Assembly (NCBI GenBank): GCA_016432485.1
Contig: CP066691.1
Location: forward strand, 587,538 to 651,537
Origin: Candidatus Niyogibacteria bacterium
GTDB taxonomy: Bacteria; Patescibacteriota; Minisyncoccia; HO2-45-28
Length of the DNA: 64,000 nucleotides
Direction of reading: 5' to 3'
Shown: in pieces, positions 27,681 to 37,676 of the stretch
Layout of the letters: every line of letters starts with the position of its first letter
Numbering within the stretch: position 1 is the first letter of the stretch
Notes under the pieces: generated by a model
The model's database searches: none
The model's input: only the letters and a program-made list of their open reading frames with translations
What the model was told of the DNA's origin: nothing
Translations under genes and position numbers: made by a program

Positions 27681-28757
27681 ATGATTAAAATAGTCTTGTC
27701 GACGCTGTTCGCAGCGTGCTTCTTGGCATCATTTTCTTTGACAGCTCAAGCAGCTCAAGATGGCCGCACCTGTTATTTCGGAAACACCGTTTCCGAACTC
27801 TTACACGGAGACACGTATATCGGGAACTATCCCATTGGACGTGACGCTTCCGGTTCGTTCCAAACCACAGAGCCGAGCATGAGGGAAATTGCTGCGTATC
27901 TCAGTACTCTGCAGTTACCCTCTGCGATAACTAGAGCTCATATTGTATTGCGTAAATCGCTGATCCGATATGAGCCGTTCCATACACTTCATCACGGAAA
28001 ACCGTGGTATGATGGCTCGGGCAATCTCGTCAACTCCAGTGGCGACGAAAACCTTCTCCAAAACTGGAATAAGGACACGTATCGCGCCGTACGCATAAAG
28101 ATGCTCGATTTTGAAGAGGAGCATATGTGGGGGCCTTACGTTCTTTACGAGAACGAGGAAAAGGGCAAGGGTGTCGTTGATGCTGAGATTGTTTTGCTCG
28201 ACAAAAACGATTGCTATCTCAGTAACTTGGAGATGAGCTTCTACCGATTGCCCAAAGAAGGTTCACCGATCAACCTTGATAACATTGACGGTGGCAACGA
28301 ATATTGGGAGGTTGCACTATTTTCCGATGGAGTCGATCCTTACGTGCGACTAGACGGTGGAACTGCCCCGCTTTATCCGGAACGAAAAAAAGATCTGCGA
28401 TTTGAGTGGGACAAAATCAACGGGCAAAAGTTTACATCGGGTCATGCAAACAATACTTCTGCACATCACAGTGTACTGGCGGACGAAAAAAAGATCGTCT
28501 ATAACACTACCGTTGTGTACCCTCACTTGAAGGGTCCGCGTGTTTCCGTCATCAATGACGACAAGAAGGGTGGATATCATCTCGTTGTGGAACTGCCGAA
28601 ATATTTTCAGGGACGATTTATCCCCGCATTTGTAGGAATCACGTTCTCCGGCAATACAGCCACGGTTCATATGGTCCGTGGGACACAACAACAAACGTTT
28701 ACGGTTCCAATCACCGATAATCCGCTACCGACTTCGGTGGATTGGGACAAAAACTAG
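27681..28757 (+). CDS. secreted hypothetical protein
   Basis: Signal peptide ending AQA-AQDG; AGGAGGG RBS; GC slightly raised; no motif. Confidence 0.5.
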   Translation: MIKIVLSTLFAACFLASFSLTAQAAQDGRTCYFGNTVSELLHGDTYIGNYPIGRDASGSFQTTEPSMREIAAYLSTLQLPSAITRAHIVLRKSLIRYEPFHTLHHGKPWYDGSGNLVNSSGDENLLQNWNKDTYRAVRIKMLDFEEEHMWGPYVLYENEEKGKGVVDAEIVLLDKNDCYLSNLEMSFYRLPKEGSPINLDNIDGGNEYWEVALFSDGVDPYVRLDGGTAPLYPERKKDLRFEWDKINGQKFTSGHANNTSAHHSVLADEKKIVYNTTVVYPHLKGPRVSVINDDKKGGYHLVVELPKYFQGRFIPAFVGITFSGNTATVHMVRGTQQQTFTVPITDNPLPTSVDWDKN

Positions 28758-28769
28758 GTTATTCGAACA

Positions 28770-28800
28770 GCCGAGGCGTAGACATCCTCGGCTTTTTCTT
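28770..28800 (+). terminator. rho-independent terminator
   Basis: gccgagg-cgtagacat-cctcggc followed by TTTTTCTTTTTT. Confidence 0.6.
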
Positions 28801-28876
28801 TTTTAAAATATAAATCTTACTCGATATATGTTATGCACGTTGTGTATGTTGCCGGAAAGGGTATACCGAAATGCAC

Positions 28877-29233
28877 TGTCTAGCAGAGGTTCTAACATTG
28901 GATGGGATTTTACCGAAGTTTTGCGAAAAGTACTCCTAAACCGTGTCTTAGTGTCATCTGGAGTGTAAAATCAGACAAATGATAATAGGATATTAAGCAT
29001 AAACGGCTCTGTTAGAGCTTGGAGAGAGGTTCTAACCTGTTCTCCTAAAGTGCACTTTATGAGACTTTTCGTACTCTTGCGCCTCAATCGCCGTTTCTAC
29101 TTCAGAAATCTTGCGGGTTCTAACATCGCTTTATTGCCCGTATAGGGAAAGAGAATTTTTTATTGCTGGATAATAAAATCTTCTGAAAAAGAAACGGTTT
29201 TTTAATAGTTAGGAACGGGTTCTAATGAAATGT
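28877..29233. repeat. array of four (A/C)GGGTTCTAA(C/T) motif copies in a 540-bp intergenic region
   Basis: Copies at about 28877, 29024, 29113 and 29214, plus a related inverted gctctgttagagc at about 29008. Confidence 0.6.
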
Positions 29234-29299
29234 TGCAAAGAGCGCAGAGATGTGTTACTTCTGATTTAGATTGATTTTGTAAACTGATAAGGAGATTAA

Positions 29300-29983
29300 G
29301 TGATGGACGGCGTGACATTTCGTACAAAATACGATATCCGTGCCCACACAATCGAATTTACCGAACATTACGTTGCTCTTTACAAATTTGGTGTAAATCC
29401 AATTCCAGAAAACTGGAACAGAAGCGAAGCGGATGTCGCGATACGCTATTTTTTGGATCTCGAACTTAATCCCAGCGATTTCAACGATAATGATGTAATT
29501 GATATTGGATGCGGTCCAGGGTTCTTCAAGAAAACTATCTTGCGAATTGGCTCTCCAAAAACGTATATTAATCTGGATATCAATCCCTTTTTAGAAAATC
29601 TCGATATTATAGCTGATGCGGCGCGTATGCCGTTTAAGGACAATAGTTTTGACTTGGTCCTTTCTTTTGGTTCAATTGCTGGCGTACGTTGGAATGATTT
29701 TCAGACACGCAGTTATCTTTGCGTAAACCCTCTCGATTCCCTCTGGGAAGTCGCGCGAATACTTCGAAGCGGCGGAGTTGCAAAAATTGGACCCATTTCG
29801 TTGCTTCGTTCTTGTTGGAAAAACGAAAATGATGGTGTTAAGTATGAATCCGTGAGGCATGAATTTTTTAATTTCGCTACGTTATTGAAAGAAAAGTTCC
29901 CTTGCTTAGAAATTGAATTTTACAGGATTATTGATAGTGGAACCGGCCGGTTTGATGAATGGATGACGTTTCGGAAACAATAA
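29300..29983 (+). CDS. class I SAM-dependent methyltransferase
   Basis: IDIGCGPG motif I, DAARMPFKDNSFDLVL motif; AAGGAG RBS. Confidence 0.7.
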   Translation: MMDGVTFRTKYDIRAHTIEFTEHYVALYKFGVNPIPENWNRSEADVAIRYFLDLELNPSDFNDNDVIDIGCGPGFFKKTILRIGSPKTYINLDINPFLENLDIIADAARMPFKDNSFDLVLSFGSIAGVRWNDFQTRSYLCVNPLDSLWEVARILRSGGVAKIGPISLLRSCWKNENDGVKYESVRHEFFNFATLLKEKFPCLEIEFYRIIDSGTGRFDEWMTFRKQ

Positions 29984-30257
29984 AAACCAATATTGACCAC
30001 ATAGGAATTAAGTTTCCATGTGGTTTTTGTTTTTCTATCAGTATCTGGCAACTTTCTAGAGCGCGACTAGCGCCTTCAGAGAGGTTCTCCTTCTTCGCTA
30101 AAGCTTCGAAGGACGCAGTAACACTTGCCCGCCGTAGCCTTGGCGAAGGCGGGTCGTCTATAAAGTGCACCACTTCGCCCACTCCGCGCGCAGCGCTTAA
30201 ATGAAAATCTACGGCGCAAGTGTGGTAATGAAAACATTGCTGTGTTATACAAATTAA

Positions 30258-31361
30258 ATGGTAATACTGGGCATTGAAACATCTTGCGATGAAACCGGCG
30301 CCGCGCTGGTTGAGGCGAGCGGGGGTTTAAAAAACACCCGTTTTCGCGTTTTGAAAAATCTGGTCGCTTCGCAAATAAAAATCCACGCGCCTTACGGCGG
30401 CGTCGTTCCCAATTTAGCCAGGCGCGAACACGAAAAAAATTTACCAATTTTATTTAGACAAATTTTTGGAAATTCCAAATCACAAATTACAAAACATAAA
30501 CAAATTCCAAATTCCCAATTTCACATTTCAAACTTTGACGCCATCGCCGTTACGACCGGACCGGGGCTTGAACCGTGCTTGTGGCGGGGGATTACTTTTG
30601 CGCAAGAGCTTGCAGAAAAACATAATAAGCCGATTATCGCTATGAACCATATGGAGGGGCACATTGCCTCCGTTTTACTGCCGCAAAATGGAGGGATTTC
30701 TAAATCCGAATTTCTAATTTCTAAACAAATTGAATTTCCTGCTTTAGCTCTTTTGGTTTCCGGAGGGCACACCGAATTGGTCTTAATAAAAAATTGGCTG
30801 AATTACAAAATCATCGGCGAAACTTTGGATGATGCCGTTGGCGAGGCTTTTGATAAAGTCGCGCGCCTGCTTGGCCTTCCCTACCCCGGAGGCCCGGCTT
30901 TATCCGCTTTAGCCGACAAAAAAACTAAACACTCGGTGTCTAGTAAAATTAGTTTGCCGAGGCCGATGATAAACTCAAAAGACCTGAATTTCAGTTTTTC
31001 GGGGCTCAAAACCGCGGTTTTATACGCGCTTCGTGATAATCCGAAAACAAATAAAGCCGCCCTGGCTAAAGAATTCCAAAACGCCGCAGTTGATGTCTTG
31101 GTTTCAAAAACCATGCAAGCGGTAGAAATTCATAAGCCAAAAACTTTAATCGTTGCCGGCGGAGTCGCTGCCAATAAACATCTGCAAAAAGCAATCAAAA
31201 GGGCTATGGAAAAACTCTCTAGCTCCCAGACCCTATTCCCCAGCCCCCAATTTGTTGGTGATAACGCCGCAATGATTGCGGCCGCCGGATATTTCCATGC
31301 GTTTAAGAAAAATTTTACGAAGCCCTCAAAACTGAAGGCTGCGGGCCGCCTGCGCCTTTAG
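30258..31361 (+). CDS. tsaD: tRNA N6-threonylcarbamoyladenosine synthase TsaD/Kae1
   Basis: ILGIETSCDETGAALV start, HxEGH metal site. Contains a low-complexity insertion encoded by a CAAAT-rich tract at 30478-30545. Confidence 0.85.
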   Translation: MVILGIETSCDETGAALVEASGGLKNTRFRVLKNLVASQIKIHAPYGGVVPNLARREHEKNLPILFRQIFGNSKSQITKHKQIPNSQFHISNFDAIAVTTGPGLEPCLWRGITFAQELAEKHNKPIIAMNHMEGHIASVLLPQNGGISKSEFLISKQIEFPALALLVSGGHTELVLIKNWLNYKIIGETLDDAVGEAFDKVARLLGLPYPGGPALSALADKKTKHSVSSKISLPRPMINSKDLNFSFSGLKTAVLYALRDNPKTNKAALAKEFQNAAVDVLVSKTMQAVEIHKPKTLIVAGGVAANKHLQKAIKRAMEKLSSSQTLFPSPQFVGDNAAMIAAAGYFHAFKKNFTKPSKLKAAGRLRL

Positions 31362-31393
31362 TTTCAGAGAAATAAATAATAAAATAGATTCAT

Positions 31394-33625
31394 ATGGCGT
31401 TGGATTTTTCAAAACCCTATAACCCCAAGGGCGTGGAGGAAAGAGTTTATAAACGCTGGGAAGACAGCGGTTATTTTAATCCGGATAAACTTCCCCCTCG
31501 ACTACGTTCGGGACAAGCCGGGAAAAGAACAAAAACTTTTTCTATTAGTATGGCGCCGCCGAATATCACTGGCTCGCTTCATATGGGGCACGCTCTTGAG
31601 TACGCGTTGTCGGACATTTTGGTTCGTTTTAAACGAATGTCGGCCCATAAAACCCTTTGGCTTCCTGGCGTAGACCACGCCGGAATTGCTGCTCAAAATG
31701 TCGTTGAAAAAGATTTGAAAAAAAGGGGATTGACCCGTCATCAGCTTGGCCGAGAAGAATTTTTAAAACAAATATGGCAGTGGAAAGAAAAATACGGTCA
31801 CATAATCATTGGCCAGCTTAAAAGTCTGGGGGTTTCGGCTGATTGGTCGCGGCTTCGTTTTACCATGGATGAAGAATATCAAGCGGCAGTGGCTGAGGCC
31901 TTCATCCGCTATTTTAAAAAAGATTGGATTTATCGAGGCGAACGCGTCATAAATTGGTGTCCAAAGTGCCAAACCAGCCTTTCTGATTTGGAACTAGAAT
32001 ATGAAGAAGAAAAAGGAAATTTGTGGTTTATAAAATACCCGCTAATAAATCTAAATGATAAAATTTCAATTTCAAATTATATCGTTGTTGCAACTACCCG
32101 GCCGGAAACAATGCTCGGCGATTCGGCCGTGGCGGTTAATCCCAGGGATGCGAGGTATAAAAGCATTATCGGACAAAAAGTTTTACTGCCTATCAAAAAC
32201 AGAGAGATTCCCGTGATTAGCGACAAGCGAATTGAGCAGGATTTCGGCACGGGTGCCGTAAAAATAACGCCGGCTCACGATCTTTTGGACGCTGAGATTG
32301 GCCGAGACCATAAATTGCCTGTTTATAAAGTTATAGGCGAGGACGGCAAGATGACTTTTGAAGCCGGTTCAATTTGTTCCGGATTGAAAACAGATGAATG
32401 TCGGCAAAAAGTTGTTGACACGCTTGAACATGAAAGTTTGATTGAAAAAATAGAAGAGTTTGCGCACAACATAGCCCGGTGTTATCGCTGCCGAAGCGTT
32501 ATTGAGCCGATGCCCTCAATGCAGTGGTTTTTGAAAATGGGTGGCTTGGCCAAACTCGCGCGCTTAGCGGTAAAAAGCGGCCAAGTAAAATTTTATCCGA
32601 AAAGATTTGAAAAAACCTATTTTGACTGGCTAAAAAATATTAGGGATTGGACCATATCGCGCCAAATCTGGTGGGGGCACCGCCTGCCCGTTTGGGAACA
32701 CGACAAGATATGCGTTCCAAAACCGGGGAGTGAAAAAGATATTGAGAAATGCGTTGAATTTGTGATTGCCAAAAAAGAGCCGAAATGCCAATACTGCGAT
32801 GCCGGCTATAAGCAGGTTGCTGACGTGCTTGATACTTGGTTTTCTTCGGCCCTTTGGCCCTTCGCGACTCTGGGCTGGCCCAAGCCGACAAAAGATTTAA
32901 AAACGTTTTATCCGACAGACGCTTTAACAAATGATCGCGGCATTATTAATCTTTGGGACGCGCGTATGATTTTTTCCGGCCTGGAATTCATGAAAAAATC
33001 CCCGTTTCGAGACCTTGTGATTCACGCTACGGTTTTGACTAAAGAAGGCAAACGTATGTCGAAATCCTTGGGCACCGGTATTGACCCGATAAATTTGATT
33101 GAACAATACGGCGCCGATGCCGTGCGTTTCGCTTTAGTCTGGCAGGCTATGGGCGGGCAGGACATTCGCTGGTCCGAAGAAGCGCTGGTTGCCGGAAAAA
33201 AATTTTTGAATAAAATATGGAACGCGACCCGCTTCGTTCTGGAACGAAGCGGGTCGCCCGGTCGGATGACCGGACAAACTTCGCGAATAACATCCAAAAC
33301 CGACGCCGACAAAAAAATTCTCACATCTCTAAAAAAAATAACCGCGAACACATCTAAAAAAATAGATAAATACGAATTCGGTTCAGCCCTTCACGACATT
33401 TACGAATTTTTTTGGCACGATTTCTGCGATATATATCTTGAAGCGTCTAAAAAACAAATGGACGACACAATCCCTCAAGATAACACGGCGCGTATTTTAA
33501 GTTATGTTCTTGAAACTTCTTTAAAGCTCTTGCATCCGTTTCTGCCTTACATAACCGAAGAGATATGGTCGGCTCCGCAATTTAAGAAAAAAGACCTTTT
33601 AATGGTTGAAGCATGGCCCAGGTAA
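31394..33625 (+). CDS. valS: valine--tRNA ligase (short form)
   Basis: PPNITGSLHMGHA and KMSKSLGTG class-I motifs; 743 aa. Confidence 0.8.
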   Translation: MALDFSKPYNPKGVEERVYKRWEDSGYFNPDKLPPRLRSGQAGKRTKTFSISMAPPNITGSLHMGHALEYALSDILVRFKRMSAHKTLWLPGVDHAGIAAQNVVEKDLKKRGLTRHQLGREEFLKQIWQWKEKYGHIIIGQLKSLGVSADWSRLRFTMDEEYQAAVAEAFIRYFKKDWIYRGERVINWCPKCQTSLSDLELEYEEEKGNLWFIKYPLINLNDKISISNYIVVATTRPETMLGDSAVAVNPRDARYKSIIGQKVLLPIKNREIPVISDKRIEQDFGTGAVKITPAHDLLDAEIGRDHKLPVYKVIGEDGKMTFEAGSICSGLKTDECRQKVVDTLEHESLIEKIEEFAHNIARCYRCRSVIEPMPSMQWFLKMGGLAKLARLAVKSGQVKFYPKRFEKTYFDWLKNIRDWTISRQIWWGHRLPVWEHDKICVPKPGSEKDIEKCVEFVIAKKEPKCQYCDAGYKQVADVLDTWFSSALWPFATLGWPKPTKDLKTFYPTDALTNDRGIINLWDARMIFSGLEFMKKSPFRDLVIHATVLTKEGKRMSKSLGTGIDPINLIEQYGADAVRFALVWQAMGGQDIRWSEEALVAGKKFLNKIWNATRFVLERSGSPGRMTGQTSRITSKTDADKKILTSLKKITANTSKKIDKYEFGSALHDIYEFFWHDFCDIYLEASKKQMDDTIPQDNTARILSYVLETSLKLLHPFLPYITEEIWSAPQFKKKDLLMVEAWPR

Positions 33626-34326
33626 TTGCTAATCCTTTAGCCGGTTTATCGGCCGCGGTGGGCGGTTTGGTCACTTCTTTGATTTGGCTTTGGTTTTGGC
33701 TGCGTGAAGACCCTCATCCCGAACCGAGGAAAGCAATTTTTTTAGCCTTTGGCGCCGGAGCCGCGGCGGTTTTTGCCGCCCTGCTTTTGGAAGAATTAAG
33801 TTATTATTGGGGTTTGGATTTGGGATTATGGCCGATCGGCAAGCCGTCTTTGAAGCTTTTTTTGGTTTGGGCGGCCATCGAAGAACTGCTTAAATATTCC
33901 GCGGCTTACTGGGCGGCTTTGCGTAAAGATGTTTTTGATGAGCCGGTTGACGCGCCCATTTATCTTATCACCGCCGCTTTAGGATTCGCGGCTCTTGAGA
34001 ATATTTTGATGCTTTTCGGAATTTTTCGGGGCGAAATCGCAAGCGGTTTGGCTGCAGCCCACCTTCGTTTTGTTGGAGCAACGCTTTTGCATGTTTTGGC
34101 TTCCTCCATCGTCGGTTTATCCATTGCTTACGATTTTTTCCACAAGCATCATAGGTGGCGAAACGCTCTTGGCGGTCTGGTTTTGGCCACTTTGTTGCAC
34201 GCCGTCTTTAATTTTTTTATACTGAAAGGAGGAGCTGAAGGAATGATTTATGTTTTTTCAGTGGTATGGCTCGGAATAATAATTTTGATATTGTCTTTCG
34301 AGAAAGTTAAAAAAGAAAGACCCTGA
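33613..34326 (+). CDS. PrsW-like intramembrane protease family membrane protein
   Basis: Polytopic; EELLK and FAALEN motifs. Confidence 0.55.
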   Translation: MAQVIANPLAGLSAAVGGLVTSLIWLWFWLREDPHPEPRKAIFLAFGAGAAAVFAALLLEELSYYWGLDLGLWPIGKPSLKLFLVWAAIEELLKYSAAYWAALRKDVFDEPVDAPIYLITAALGFAALENILMLFGIFRGEIASGLAAAHLRFVGATLLHVLASSIVGLSIAYDFFHKHHRWRNALGGLVLATLLHAVFNFFILKGGAEGMIYVFSVVWLGIIILILSFEKVKKERP

Positions 34327-34355
34327 TTTATTAAATAAACCAAAGAAAACACAAT

Positions 34356-34811
34356 ATGCCAAAAGACAGGCGATCGTTTTTAGAAAGACTGACCGGCTCT
34401 TTGCCGGCCTCGGAGGAGGAAAAGACTTTTCATTTTAAGGGTGAGGGCGGCGAGAAAGCTCCGTTGCCACAGGCAAACGATGAGGGCCAGCTTTTGGTTG
34501 ATGTTTATCAAACGCCCGAAGACGTGGTGATACAGTCGGTTGTTTCCGGTGTTAAGCCCGATGAACTGGACGTCGCCATCACTCAAGAGATGGTTACTAT
34601 CCGCGGCAAGCGCGAAAAAAGCCATCATGTTTCTGACGACAATTATTTTTATCAGGAACTTTATTGGGGATCGTTCAGTCGTTCAATTCTTTTGCCGCAG
34701 GAAGTTGACGTTGAAGCGTCGGAAGCGACTCTCAAAAACGGCTTGCTTACGGTAAGATTGCCGAAACTGGATAAAGCCAAAATTCAGAAATTAAAAATAA
34801 AACAGGAGTAA
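34356..34811 (+). CDS. Hsp20/alpha-crystallin small heat shock protein
   Basis: Alpha-crystallin domain: LTVRLPK C-terminal region, GLLTV motif. Confidence 0.8.
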   Translation: MPKDRRSFLERLTGSLPASEEEKTFHFKGEGGEKAPLPQANDEGQLLVDVYQTPEDVVIQSVVSGVKPDELDVAITQEMVTIRGKREKSHHVSDDNYFYQELYWGSFSRSILLPQEVDVEASEATLKNGLLTVRLPKLDKAKIQKLKIKQE

Positions 34812-34912
34812 AAACACACCATAACAAAAAATTTAAGACCAGCAACAATTGCAATCGTCGGTTTGATTTTCTTTCCCCCAATCGAAACCGCCAATTCGTT
34901 TTTGCCCCCAAA

Positions 34913-34955
34913 ATGCCGTACAAAATAATCGCCGAGCGAAGCGAGGCGAACCGAA
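34913..34955. repeat. about 45-nt element GCCGAGCGAAGCGAGGCG...TTGCAAA(T/A)TCC adjacent to tRNA-Phe (second copy at 42541-42586 adjacent to tRNA-Ser)
   Basis: The two elements, 7.6 kb apart and both just 3' of minus-strand tRNAs, share an 18-nt motif GCCGAGCGAAGCGAGGCG (within a 20-nt match) plus a second short block. Confidence 0.6.
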
Positions 34956-34978
34956 ATCGCTTGCAAATTCCTTACTGA

Positions 34979-35051
34979 TGCCTGGGGAGGGAATCGAACC
35001 CCCGACGCCTGCCTCTTCAGGGCAGCGCTCTAACCACTGAGCTACCCAGGC
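34979..35051 (-). tRNA. tRNA-Phe(GAA)
   Basis: GCCTGGGTAGCTCAGTGGTTAGAGC..., anticodon loop CTGAAGA. Confidence 0.85.
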
Positions 35052-35724
35052 TTCTTGGTTTTTGCAGATATCTTAAACCAAAAAATTTGTCTTTTTCCAG
35101 AGCACTTTTGATTTTATAGTATTTTCTGTTTAAAAACAAGACATCTTTAGAACGATACATTACAAAGAAAAGTTTTTTAGAATCTCCCTTTGTGTATTCT
35201 AAATTCATGACCCCTTTTCCTTTGTGAAAAAAACCGCTTACACCATAAAACCTTACCAGACTGTCTTTAAGCCATTCTAAAAATGGTAAACTCGCAGAAG
35301 CAAAGGACAATCTAAATCCAAAACTATTTGGCCATCTTTTATCCCAAAATGTATAAAATGAACCGTCTCCATCAAACAATCCTCTGACAAAGTCGGCGAA
35401 GAATTTTTTGGGCACGTTAACTTTTTTAATAGATTTTGATTTTGTCTGTGTAAGACCGATTTCATTTAAAAATTTATAAAACACTATATCACCAAAAGTT
35501 ATCTGAAAATACCTTTTTTCGGAAACACCCCCGCGCCCACCTTTTCCTATTTTGTTTTTGATGTTGAGTGCTATTTTAAATTTTTCTACCAATTCTTTAT
35601 CTGCCGATTTTAAAAATATGTGTCTTTTATCACGAGACAAACACCCATCGGAGGTTATAACACCAATTGCATATGCAAAGTTTGACGACCATTCTATTTT
35701 TACTTTTTGCTGTGGCAGACCCAC
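35017..35724 (-). CDS. LAGLIDADG-family homing endonuclease (two-motif, monomeric type), free-standing
   Basis: Motifs AIGVITSDGCLS and VRGLFDGDGSF. The 3' end overlaps the 5' half of tRNA-Phe by about 35 nt. Confidence 0.75.
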   Translation of the reverse strand: MGLPQQKVKIEWSSNFAYAIGVITSDGCLSRDKRHIFLKSADKELVEKFKIALNIKNKIGKGGRGGVSEKRYFQITFGDIVFYKFLNEIGLTQTKSKSIKKVNVPKKFFADFVRGLFDGDGSFYTFWDKRWPNSFGFRLSFASASLPFLEWLKDSLVRFYGVSGFFHKGKGVMNLEYTKGDSKKLFFVMYRSKDVLFLNRKYYKIKSALEKDKFFGLRYLQKPRSLGSSVVRALP

Positions 35725-35807
35725 TAAATCAATTTTACTATATTTTTAAGTTTACTACCACCGAGCTAAAATAAAAAGAAAACCCCGCTGATAGCGAGGT
35801 CTGTTTT

Positions 35808-36038
35808 TTATTTACGCAGTAAGAACAAAAAGGTTAGGGCGGAGGAAAGCGCTAGAACAAAAAATGTCAACTCCCACACTTTATTGACCGAAAAAATATG
35901 AAAAGAATAAAAGAGTGCCCCAAAGACAACCGTAAGCTTGCCGGCCCAAAAAAGCATTGCTCGTTCCTCCATCATAAAAGAATATCCAAGGTTATTATGC
36001 GTTAAGAGGCGGACAAGTTGCAAACCCGTCCTATGCAA
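35808..36038 (-). CDS. small membrane protein (hypothetical)
   Basis: Two TM helices; weak support. Confidence 0.3.
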   Translation of the reverse strand: MHRTGLQLVRLLTHNNLGYSFMMEERAMLFWAGKLTVVFGALFYSFHIFSVNKVWELTFFVLALSSALTFLFLLRK

Positions 36039-36070
36039 TTTATAATTGTAGTGGTTTTTGATAATGAACT

Positions 36071-37396
36071 TTGAACAGAGCCGGAGGAATCAGCGTGCCC
36101 CGCAAAAAACATCAGCCCAAATTGTCCGCTTTAGACCCCGATAGTTTAATGACGAGTTATGATTTTCTGCCCGAATTATCAGAGGGCGCCGTAAAACCGC
36201 CCGTTTTTCTCACTTCAACATTTGCTTTCAAAGGCGCGGGAGAACTAGCTGCTTTAATTCAAACCGCCCATGACAATCGTGGCGGAAAATCCAACGAAGC
36301 ATTGCCGTTAATTTACAGCCGTATTAATCATCCGAACGCCGAGATATTTGAAAAACGTTTTTCTTTATGGAACGGCTCGGAAGAGGCGGCGGTTTTTGCC
36401 AGCGGTATGGCCGCTATCGCTACCACCTCTTTTGCTTTTTTGCGTCCGGGAGATATTTTACTGCACAGTTCTCCTTTATACGGCGGCACAGAGGATTTTT
36501 TTGCGCGGGAGTTAAGAACTTTTGGCATTAAGACTGCGTCCTTTTCGGCGGAAAGCGATTATTCTGAAATAAAAAAAATCGCAAAAAGAGCTTGTCGTCG
36601 CGGGCCCTTGAGAATGATTTTCGTTGAAGCCGCGGCTAATCCCACCAATGTTCTGGCAGACATTGAGGCCTGCGCGGAAATCGCCGAAGAATTTTCTTCC
36701 GGAAAGCGAAAAGCTATCACCGTCGTTGATAACACCTTTCTCGGTCCGCTTTGGCTCAATCCCTTCAAACACGGCGCCGACTTGGCCTTATACTCGGCTA
36801 CTAAATATATTGGCGGGCACAGCGATCTTCTGGCTGGTGTTGTTGAAGGAAAAGCCAAAATGATTTCGCGGTTAAAGAGCGCGCGTACGCGTTTCGGCAA
36901 CATTGCCGGAGCGTTTACTTGCTGGCTTTTGACCAGAAGCTTGGAAACATTGAAATTACGAATGACCGCGCAGGTGAAAAACGCAAGGCGCGTTGCCGAT
37001 TTCTTGCGCGATGACCGGAGAGTGGAAAAAGTTTACTATCCGGAATTTTTTGAAGAAGACAGTAATCAAAACAGGCTCTATGAAAAACAGTGTTCGGCGC
37101 CAGGCGCAGTGGTTTCTTTTGATATCAAGGGCGGTCGAAAAACGGCCTTTAGATTTCTTGACGCCCTCAAGTTCTTTAAGTTGGCCGTAAGTCTGGGCAG
37201 TACCGAGCCGCTGGCCGAACATCCGGCCACGACAACACACTATGGTATTCCTCGCGAAAAAAGAATCCGCCTGGGAATTACTGATAAAATGATCCGTTTG
37301 TCCATTGGTCTCGGTTCTCCGTATGATTATATTTTTGATTTAAAACAAGCGTTAGACGAAGCGGTTCGCGATCGCCGCGCGCGACAGCTTCGTTGA
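36071..37396 (+). CDS. Cys/Met-metabolism PLP-dependent enzyme (cystathionine gamma-synthase / O-acetylhomoserine sulfhydrylase family)
   Basis: YSATKYIGGHSD PLP-lysine motif. Confidence 0.8.
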   Translation: MNRAGGISVPRKKHQPKLSALDPDSLMTSYDFLPELSEGAVKPPVFLTSTFAFKGAGELAALIQTAHDNRGGKSNEALPLIYSRINHPNAEIFEKRFSLWNGSEEAAVFASGMAAIATTSFAFLRPGDILLHSSPLYGGTEDFFARELRTFGIKTASFSAESDYSEIKKIAKRACRRGPLRMIFVEAAANPTNVLADIEACAEIAEEFSSGKRKAITVVDNTFLGPLWLNPFKHGADLALYSATKYIGGHSDLLAGVVEGKAKMISRLKSARTRFGNIAGAFTCWLLTRSLETLKLRMTAQVKNARRVADFLRDDRRVEKVYYPEFFEEDSNQNRLYEKQCSAPGAVVSFDIKGGRKTAFRFLDALKFFKLAVSLGSTEPLAEHPATTTHYGIPREKRIRLGITDKMIRLSIGLGSPYDYIFDLKQALDEAVRDRRARQLR

Positions 37397-37408
37397 AGAG
37401 CTTTAAAA

Positions 37409-37440
37409 AGCCCGTTCAGGGAAAATGAACGGGCTTTTGC
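37409..37440 (+). terminator. rho-independent terminator
   Basis: aagcccgttca-gggaaaa-tgaacgggctt then TTTG. Confidence 0.6.
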
Positions 37441-37460
37441 GATGGAATTTTTTATCTTGG

Positions 37461-37532
37461 TGGGCGACGTAGGGATTGAACCTACAGCCTTCTCGGTGTA
37501 AACGAGACGCTCTGCCATTGAGCTAGTCGCCC
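37461..37532 (-). tRNA. tRNA-Val(TAC)
   Basis: Anticodon stem TCTCG/CGAGA with loop TTTACAC; T-arm GTAGGTTCAATCCCTAC. Confidence 0.8.
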
Positions 37533-37547
37533 ATTATTTTTTTAAAG

Positions 37548-37631
37548 TGGGCGGGGGGAGATTTGAACTCCCATGATCTTGCGATCGCTGGCTCCTAAAG
37601 CCAGTGCGTCTGCCGGTTCCGCCACCCGCCC
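37548..37631 (-). tRNA. tRNA-Leu(TAG)
   Basis: Long variable arm, anticodon loop TTTAGGA, acceptor GGGCGGG/CCCGCCC. Confidence 0.8.
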
Positions 37632-37676
37632 GAAACTAAAAAAATTTTACCGCACTTCAGCATTTCATTCCATGTG

